Positions 56,801-64,000 of a stretch of DNA of 64,000 nucleotides are shown one piece after another. The notes under the pieces are model-generated. The model searched no databases and was not told the origin of the DNA. It saw nothing but the letters and a program-made list of their open reading frames with translations. Within the stretch, counting starts at the first letter, position 1. Each line of letters starts with the position of its first letter. The DNA comes from Macrostomum hystrix (lineage: Eukaryota > Animalia > Platyhelminthes), in assembly GCA_950097015.1 (NCBI GenBank), contig CATNEN010000033.1, forward strand, positions 4,588,001 through 4,652,000, in the 5' to 3' direction. The position numbers and the translations under genes are program-made.

Positions 56801-59353
56801 CACACGAGCTTCGACTTTTCTGACTTAACTGTCATCTTGTCTCCATTACACTGCTGCTAAGTTATTATACGCATGTAACAGTTCTAATTTTAATTCGTAA
56901 TTGCTAACTGCAACAAAATATACGTCTCAATAGCTCGTAAAAGCTGTATAGATATTTTCTCTGTAGAATCCTAATCATATTTAACTTTGGTCTACTTTGT
57001 TAGTTTTTCTGTAATTCGCCTGCCATGTGTGGCAGTTGCACGAAGAACTATAAAAGTCTTTATAATGGTGTTTATAACCAAACGTTTGTTGTTTGACTGA
57101 ATTTGTAGCTCGTAATTTGATAAGTATGAGTAATGATAATGATTTCGAACCGATACAGGTCAACACTAAGGACATCGGCAGCGGCAGCAGCGGCAGTCGC
57201 AGGTTGGAAGGCCTGGCCAAGCACGCCGTGCCGCCGCTGAGAGTGAAGCACGAACTCGTGAGTTGCTGGCGGACTGAAATTTCCGACCTCTTAACTTTGA
57301 AGACTTAAAGACTCTTAAGACTCTTAAAGCGAAGCTTAAAGAGTACTTTAACAGTTTAAATTAGGCTGGTATTTTCTCATTTGATTACGTCTCCATTTTA
57401 CTTACCGCAATACTTATTCATAATTCACGACTTGCCCAGCCGGCAAAGCCCAACACGCCTCCGCCGCCACCTGGATTTGAAACTCCCGTGTCACAAAAGC
57501 CTCAGTCGTCAAAGACTCAGTCAAGGGGCCAGTTGGACGAGGGTCCATCGGACGCGTGAGTTTAGAGCCTAGCAGGGTATGATTCATTGTGGAGATTTAG
57601 GCTAGAGATTTTGAGCAGAAAGCTGATAACCGAACGCCCCGCAGGTACCAGCCTAAGTCACCGGGCACTGGACGCGACAATCTCGCATTTCAGCTTGACA
57701 GCCCGGCAGCGGAATCGAAAGCTGTCACTTCTGCGCAATCCGTAATAGCTGCAGTGAACAACGCCGTGGTTGTCACTAGCGATGTCGACGACAACGAGGA
57801 GGAAGAAACACTGCCGGAGCTCGATTTCAGTCGACCAGGCAGTGGCGACGTCCCGAGCCCGGAGGCTGTGACGAATCGACCGCCACCGCCGCGCCCTCCA
57901 CCGCCGAAGCATCCGCGTCCAGCACAACCGCCGCCACCGCCACCACCACCGCCACCGGACATTCGACAAAGAACTATCGGTCGCTATCGGACACTCATCG
58001 AAGCATCATCAAAATGGACGTCGAGAGTCGAAAAAGCGTCGATCATCGAACTCGCGCAGTAGTAATAACAGTAGAAGAAGACGACGACAAAAGGTACCCG
58101 ACGATGACGATGATACGTCTGACGACAGACGCGACGAAAGCATTGACGAGTCGGAAGATTCTAATTCAACAACTGATAGTGACGGAGCTGCAGTGAGGTG
58201 CGTTTAACTCAATTAGAGAGCAATCGGTTATATTCCTTCCTCCGTGATTGGCCGGCTTTTTACGTTCGTATTAGCAAAGACAAGCTTTGTGCTTTATCAC
58301 TAATCGGAAAGTACGTGTGAGCAAATTCTACATTTTCCATAGACTCAACGCGGGTCATAGCAGTCGATATAATCAAGCTTCCTCATTTTATTTACGTTTT
58401 TTTACAACTTCATCTAATCTAGAAAAAACTGCGTCCACACACACCACAGAGCGCTAGAGCACAGAGTCAGACGTTTGGAGCGCCACGTGACCCACCTGAG
58501 CCAGCGGCTGAACCAAGCACTGAGCTTAATGACGTCAAGCGATCCCCAGCAGGTACAGCTGGATGGCTTACAGCAGGCCAACAACAGCAAAGTGGCAGAT
58601 TCAGCAGAAGATTATGCGGAGTTCTTGAGTCCTTCAGGTGTAAATACTACTGGCACCGGGTTGACATGGCAACGCGACTGGCCGCCAGACCGTCCAGGCA
58701 TTCTAGGCTACATGACGCACCCGTTGAGGCACAAGAAGCTCAATTGGTTAGTTTTCTTTCCGATTGGTTGGTTGGTTGGCTATTGATCATATACATGAAC
58801 ACATCAGGTTTTATTGACATAGAAATATTCTTGTAGATTAATCGGAATTAGCATCTAACACAGTTGAGCCAGATTTACTGCCAGCCGCAGCTATCGATGC
58901 ATCCATAGGATGTGTACAGCTGCTCAGTCCATAGACAGAGGGCCGCCACTCCCACCCGAATTTCTATCACAGCTAGTGCCGGTACCGATTTAACAGCCTG
59001 GTCAACCGCAGCAACATCTTCAGTCTCAACATAAGAAATCCAAACCTATTGTTAACAGCCCGAAACAGCTGAGCAGCAACCTTCCACGGCTTCGATTGTA
59101 TAAGATAAAAGTCACTCTCAGCTCCCTCTCACTGACTGCCTGCAGGTTCTTCGGCTCCGAGCCGCCCTTCCTGCGCCAATTCTTGGATTACCTGGGCTAC
59201 GGGCAGTACATTCCGCATTTCGAGCAGCACGGCATCGGGGTGCGCGAGCTGGTGTGCATTGACGACCGCGGCCTTCGAAGCATCGGCCTGCCGAAGGGGC
59301 CTCGGGCGCGCATTCTCCAGGCGGTGAGGGAGCACCTGCCACCTGTGCCCTGA
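50879..59353 (+). CDS. Multi-exon protein: N-terminal calponin-homology domain (DIXDC1/NAV-like), Q/P/acidic low-complexity regions, coiled coil, C-terminal SAM domain
   Basis: Exons 50879-50968, 51113-51248, 51597-51722, 51801-51895, 53432-53615, 53881-53981, 57159-57257, 57440-57555, 57645-58197 (needs one 1-nt frameshift near 57957), 58471-58746, 59146-59353. CH: [49 protein letters not shown]: [37 protein letters not shown]. The CH and SAM exons are well supported; joining them into one gene is less certain. Confidence 0.6.
51258..51502. repeat. 24-bp minisatellite, ~10 copies, just after a splice donor
   Basis: Unit gtgcttatgacacctatgactggt. Confidence 0.9.
51893..52258. repeat. 33-bp perfect tandem repeat x11 carrying a 5' splice site in every unit
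   Basis: Unit GCTGTAAGTAGCCATTGTGGTAGCTATGGTGAT; GTAAGT at 51896+33n. Confidence 0.95.
52259..52628 (+). mobile_element. tRNA-derived SINE family A, full-length (~370 bp)
   Basis: A box TGGCAGAGCGG, B box GTTCGATTCC, unique body, (ATT)n tail; flanked by ATGGTGATGCTG / ATGGTAACGCTG (possible diverged TSD). Confidence 0.8.
52692..52948 (+). mobile_element. tRNA-derived SINE family B copy
   Basis: TAGCTCAGTG A-box-like head, TCGATTCCAGACTCCACTGAAA, and GTGGGTGTGG..CAGTCCATGGACTGAGCAG..TGGCCCAATT. Confidence 0.65.
52983..53418. repeat. 33-bp minisatellite x13 next to the acceptor at 53431
   Basis: Unit gagat(c/t)ccgtgcatgagtgaagtagtggctgaa. Confidence 0.95.
54099..54316 (+). promoter_or_regulatory. 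HSP70 promoter: three heat-shock elements plus TATA box
   Basis: nGAAn arrays AGAATTTTCTAGAAA (54099-54113), AGAATGTTCTAGAAA (54203-54217) and GTTCTGGAAGTTTCGCGAAG (54277-54296); TATAAAA at 54310-54316. Confidence 0.85.
54484..56403 (+). CDS. HSP70: Cytosolic heat-inducible HSP70 (intronless, 639 aa)
   Basis: Signatures [35 protein letters not shown]; C-terminal GPTVEEVD; AATAAA at 56490. Confidence 0.98.
   Translation: MGKRNGPAIGIDLGTTYSCVGVFQAGKVEIIANDQGNRTTPSYVAFTDTERLVGDAAKNQVAMNPENTVFDAKRLIGRKFSDETVQRDLKLWPFKVVSDGGRPKIEVQYMGERRSFYPEEISAMVLTKMKETAEAYLGEKVMDAVITVPAYFNDSQRQATKDAGAIAGLNVLRIVNEPTAAALAYGLDKSLEGEKNILIFDLGGGTFDVSILTVSEGSMFEVQSTAGDTHLGGEDFDNRLVEHLMQEFKRKYRKDMSGNARAVRRLRTAAERAKRTLSSSAQASIEIDSLFEGVDFYTSVTRARFEELCADLFRQTMEPVERALRDAKMDKSSISEIVLVGGSTRIPKVQKLLQEFMGGRSLNKSINPDEAVAYGAAVQAAVLTGVKDEKIEDLLLLDVAPLSLGIETAGGVMTKIVERNSRIPTKATQTFTTYSDNQSGVTIQVFEGERALTRDNHLLGQFNLDGIPPAPRGVPQIEVTFDVDANGILVVSAKDKSTSREEKITITNDKGRLSKDEIERMVRDAEKFHAEDERHRERLTARNQLESLAFQYKQAAEDCKDRLGEKEASDVTAACNRVISWLENNQTADKDEIAEQQRQLSSLCSPLMAKLHQQQQQQPPQHGPQRAGRAGGPTVEEVD
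58870..59030 (-). mobile_element. SINE family B fragment
   Basis: Minus strand TTGACCAGGCTGTTAAATCGGTACCGGC...GGGTGGGAGTGGC..TCTATGGACTGAGCAG. Confidence 0.5.
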
Positions 59354-60274
59354 ATTTCACGGTCCGAGCACAGATCACTCAGACAGAATCAGGGCAAAAT
59401 TTCGGTGTTGAATTGAGCTGGTTGTTTAAATGCATGAATAAACAGAGTGATTCTGGTGAGGATCGGCTTCAACCAGGTTGTGCCGTGTATTGTTAATTTT
59501 TCTCTTTTTTCTGAAATTTAGAATTAAAGTACATGTGTAGCCCTCCAATTTCTTGTATTTAACTTTCACTTAGGTTGACTCTGCTTTTAGTTTTCTTTCT
59601 ATTGACTGACGCTCTACTTCAGCCAGCAATGATCGAATGGGAATTGCTGTTTATCTTTATAAAATATCTCGTGAACCTCTTACGAACATATCGTCTCTAC
59701 CCTTCAGCTCTTGTATAGTCATTGGCATTGGAGATTGTGACTTTTTAAACAGCAAATTTTCCTGAAATTATCCAGGACTTCTGGAAGAACTGCATATTGA
59801 CCACCTGCCACGAGTATACGAAGGATTTGTTAATTATTTTTTGTTTCCAAATCTAGAGATTCTTACTAATAGTTAGTATGGGGTTTTTGTGTCCACAGCA
59901 AAATAAAATGTATTTATTTTTTTCAAGAATTTAGCGCGCGTACAGCAATGTTATGATTATTACAGTACTTCACCGAACATGGTCGTGACGAAATCACAGA
60001 CGCATTTATATACCTACTCTTTCTCACGCTCTCCCATTTGCATGCGACTGAAAAATAAATTAGTCTATAGTTCAAAATTTGTAGAGGTTTATACAGAGCA
60101 ATCTTATTCCTTGTATATATATATATATCCTTACATATTAAGAAACTTGATTTAATTTTACAGCTGAGACTACTATACTCTAAATTTACAAGTATTAATT
60201 ATAATGTATAACTATACCACGCACACACCCGCAACACGGACTACTAAATAGTCGTTTATTAGTCTGTGACATGG

Positions 60275-60276
<2 letters not shown>

Positions 60277-60324
<48 letters not shown>
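60277..60324. repeat. (AC)24 microsatellite
   Basis: Direct inspection of the sequence. Confidence 0.95.
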
Positions 60325-60329
<5 letters not shown>

Positions 60330-60663
60330 CGCAATGAAACTTTAAGCCAAACAATATTACAATCAGCACAGCAAAAAGGTGAAGAATAATTGATTCTGAC
60401 CAGTCCATGGCCGAATGATGGGATGCGTGCAGCAACAGCACCAGCTGCACCGACTGCTAGGCTCAATCTAGGCTCTGCATCTGCGCGGCTGATAGCCTGC
60501 TAGTTTGACTTAGGTAGGTAGGTAGGCAAGGTAGGTTGGCTCAGGCAAGCAGCTTGTTTTGCCAATATCATTTTATTTTTATTTGGATGGCCTACAATTA
60601 GGAAAAGTGTTCAAAGGTATAAATTTTATGCTTGTAAGGAGTGCTGAGCCGAGAGATGATTTG

Positions 60664-60856
60664 TGTAGACGAAAAAGCCTAAAGCGAAGTAGGCTCTGAG
60701 CAATCGGTTATATTTGATATTTGGTGATGAACATGCAACGTGCGGCCGATGGGTGCAGATGTACATTAATCGCTCGCAACTCCACGCACACTACGATATA
60801 ACTCAGGGCCTACAGCTAACACGGCTAAATGAACGCGCGCCCACTTGGCGCCTACA
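60664..60856 (-). repeat. Putative 3' LTR of Gypsy element 2
   Basis: Starts TGTAG directly after the PPT. The left boundary is chosen from the TGTAG...CTACA inverted ends; 60725 is an alternative. Confidence 0.6.
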
Positions 60857-61096
60857 CTTCTCCCCAACTAGAGAGATTGCCGGGGGATAAAAGAGAAAAG
60901 AGCAAAGCTTTAGAGCAAGGGATTGTTGCAACAATCTAGCGGAAAAAGTCCATAGAACGCAAGACAGTCCATAGCAACTCATTTGAGAAAATACGGCCGC
61001 ACGCAAAATGAGTTATTGTTTATAGCTAAGCACTTTGCTACGCGCAGCCCTGGGATGCTGTCGTGTGGCGACACCATCGCTAGGGTTAGCGGTTGG

Positions 61097-61386
61097 CTGG
61101 CTGGCAGACTGGCCGGCGGACTGGCCGGCGGACTGACCAGCAGAGTGGCCGGCAGACTGGCCGGCGGACTGGCCGGCGGACTGACCAGCAGAGTGGCCGG
61201 CAGACTGACCGGCAGACTGGCCGGCGGACTGGCCGGCGGACTGGCCAGCAGAGTGGCCGGCGGACTGGCCGGCGGACTGACCAGCAGAGTGGCCGGCAGA
61301 CTGACCGGCGGACTGGCCGGCGGGCTGGCCGGCAGACTGGCCGGCGGACTGGCCGGCGGACTGGCCTGCGGACTGGCCGGCAGACT
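61097..61386 (-). repeat. In-frame 12-bp repeat encoding ~23 GQSA/GHSA units in the integrase C-terminal tail
   Basis: Translation of ORF 61013-62017. Confidence 0.9.
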
Positions 61387-64000
61387 CTATCAGGGGCCGC
61401 AGTTGAGTGACGTGTCGCATGCACGATTGTTCGCCGCGTTGAAGGACGCACGTGTCTCCCTGGACCAGCTTGACAGTCCACGGAGAAGGCTCAAAAGGCA
61501 GTTGAAGCTTGTTGCGCGGTTGCTGCTTTCGTAGAACTTTGCTGCCGTCAATGATGCCGTGCTCCTGGGCAGCCTTGCGGTCATCGAATCTTGATTTCAT
61601 ATCTTGCACGTAATTCCGGTGCCAGTCTTGAACTTCTTCATGATTCACCTCGACCGGCTGAGACGGCTTAGTGGTCGGGATGCCATCGTTCATCTTCCTG
61701 CCCATGAGGAGTTCAGCGGGTGCGCGGCCGGTTGCTCGGTGCGGTGTTGTGCGGAAAGCCAGCAGCCAGTCCTCGATGGCCTCCTTCCAGTTACGCCCTT
61801 CGGCCACAGCCGTCTGGATGACTTTTCCAATGCTCCGGTTGACTCGCTCTGTCGCTCCATTGGATTCAGGGTGGAGTGGGCAGATAAGGCGATGTCGAAT
61901 GCCATAGGTGGTGAGGAAGCTGCGGAAAGCGGCTGAATTGAATGGCGGGCCGTTGTCAGTGACCACCTCGATAGGTACGCCGAATCTACCGAACAGTCGG
62001 CGAAGGTGCGGGCTCACGCTCTCCGCTGTCGATGAGTTCAGGAAGCTGACTTATGGATATTTTGAGTAGAGGTCTGTGATGACTAGCAGCATCTGGCCCT
62101 GTACTGGTCCGTAGAAGTCCATGCCTAGAGTGAGCCAGGCACCGTCTGGGATCTGCGTTGGTTTAAGAGGCGTTTGACGCGCTCCAGTGGAGGCGGCCTG
62201 GCAGAGCGTGCAGCACTGAACAAAGCTCTCGCAGTCGCTGCGCATGCGAGGCCACCAGACTTTCGTTTGCAGCCGCTTCAGGGTTCGGTCAGCGCCTAGA
62301 TGGCCGGTGTGCGCTAGTTGGAGGACAGGCCTGCGCAGTGTCTCCGGGATGACGATGAGGTCGCCCCTTAGCAGGACGCCGTCACTCTCTGAGAGCTCGT
62401 TGCTGACGGTCTTGTAGGAGCGCTGGGCCGGGTCGCGGATATTCCAGTTACCGGTTCGGATGGCGCTTAGCGCCGCCTGGATGCCGCTGTCGGTGCCCGA
62501 CGCTTCCCGCACTTGAGCGAGGCTGAAGCCCTTTGGCACAGCTCCAGCCGACACGGCGTTGACGAAGGCGGTGTCAAGTTCTTCACCTACGTTCCTCCTT
62601 GATTCTGGCAGTGGCTGCCGGCTTAGCAGGTCGGCTGGATTGGTCGGCCCGGGTCGGTAAATCAGATCGAAGCGGAGGTGCTGGATGCGAAATGCCATCC
62701 GTTCGATTCGTGGCGGTGGACGAGAGCCAGGCTTGAACAGCGGCACGAGTGGTCGGTGGTCTGTTACTACAGTGAAGCCTGGGTCTCCGGCTAGGTAGTG
62801 TTCAAACTTCAAGCACCCGAATTTGATGGCCAGAGCTTCTCGCTCTATCTGCGCGTACCGCTGTTCCACTGCTGAAGGGGCTCTGCTGGCGTAAGCCACG
62901 GGTCTGCTGCTGCCGTCCGGCTGCCTCTGCGTGAGGATGGCGCCCAGTCCGACCGGGGAGGCGTCCACTAGGAGCTCGGTTTCCCGCCTGCGGTCGAAGA
63001 AGGCGAGCGTTTCCGCGGCGCCGATTGCTTTTTTAATGCTTTCGAATGCCGCAGTGTGCTTATCCGTCCACTCCCAGACCTGGCCCTTCTTAGTCAATTG
63101 ACGTAGGGGCCCGGCGAGGTGAGCGAAGTTTGGGACGAATTTTGACAAGAAGTTCGTGGTGCCGAGGAATGAGCGGACGTCGGAAACGTTTGCAGGTTGC
63201 CGAAAGCTCTGCATGGCCTCAATTTTCTCAGCAGCTGGCTCCATGCCCCGAGCAGTCAGGCGCATGCCGAGAAACTCGATGGACGGTCGGGAGAACCTGC
63301 ACTTGTCCCTGTTGAGGGTGATGCCGTACTCACGCAGGCGCTGAAGGCACGCGTCCAGTCTCTTATGGTGTTGCTTTAAATCAGATGCGTAGATCACCAC
63401 GTCATCGTGCGCCCACCGGACGCCTTCAATGTCGCTGAGGATGCCCAGCATGATCCGTTGCAAAATCTCCGAGGCATTCGTGAACCCCATGCTAAGTCTT
63501 TTAAGTCGCATTAGTCCGAGAGGCGTGCTGAAGGTGAAGTAGTGGCGGCTGTCTTCGTGAACTGGAATCTGGTAGAACGCCTTGCGGATGTCTAGTTCAC
63601 TGAAAATTTTAGCGTTGGCCATCTCCTCCGTGATATCTTCTAGCGTGGGGATCTGTTGTTTCTCCGGTATAACGAAAGCGTTGAGGTCGCGGAGATCCTG
63701 GCAGATTCTGACGCCCCCATCGGTCTTGGGCACTACTACCATACGGGATACCCAGGCGCTTGGTCCTTTGACGGCCTCAATAATGTCCTGCTTCTCTAGT
63801 GCCCGGAGTTCGTTAACTACGGCTTCTTTGAGGTGAGCAGCTACCCGGGAAGGCGCCTGGCATACCGGAATGGCATTTTCGGATAGCTGGACTTTGACCT
63901 CTACGCCCTTGATGCAGCCGATGCCGTTGAATGCCTCTTTGTGTCGGTGCAGGATTGCGTCGAGTTGAGGATCGTTTGACTGCGGTGACGGCGTGTCAGA

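Larger units (their letters stand above)
60664..64000 (-). mobile_element. Ty3/Gypsy LTR retrotransposon 2 (3' part; 5' end beyond the window)
   Basis: RT (VVPKTDGGVRICQDLR..AHDD), RNase H (VDASPVGLGAIL..PVAYASR), HHCC and rve (TDNGPPFN..NGATERVN); a single in-frame TAA at 62051-62053; PPT GGGGAGAAG at 60857-60865. Confidence 0.92.

Noticed and set aside
58218-60713. 17-bp match gagcaatcggttatatt between 58218 and the Gypsy 2 LTR region
   Set aside because: Flanks do not align, so it is insufficient to call a solo LTR.

Overview
Eukaryotic (animal) genomic DNA with GC-rich exons, short GT-AG introns and many minisatellites. The overall style is most consistent with a free-living flatworm such as Macrostomum, but this is inference only. 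All gene models were assembled by hand from splice consensus and phase continuity. Left to right: a long inverted repeat; a tandem family of secreted PAN/apple-like + Thr-linker + fibrinogen-domain (FReD) genes (two complete, one fragment) split by a full-length decayed Ty3/Gypsy element with a GTATA TSD; a 6-exon glutathione reductase with minisatellites in 4 of 5 introns and across its stop codon; satellite blocks; a 12-exon ~2,380-aa secreted mucin-Kunitz-WAP-Ig-antistasin protein (papilin-like but lacking the TSP1/ADAMTS cassette); a BEL/Pao remnant; a coiled-coil gene; an NPY/NPF-like precursor whose amidation Gly is replaced by Asn; a divergent RPS18 with an intronless CDS; a CH-domain...coiled-coil...SAM gene that appears to host an intronless, HSE-driven HSP70 in an intron on the same strand; two tRNA-derived SINE families; and a second Gypsy element running off the right edge. 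The best novelty candidates are the non-amidatable NPY, the nested HSP70 and its CH-SAM host, the eleven-fold repeated splice donor, the mucin-Kunitz protein and the mosaic FReD family.
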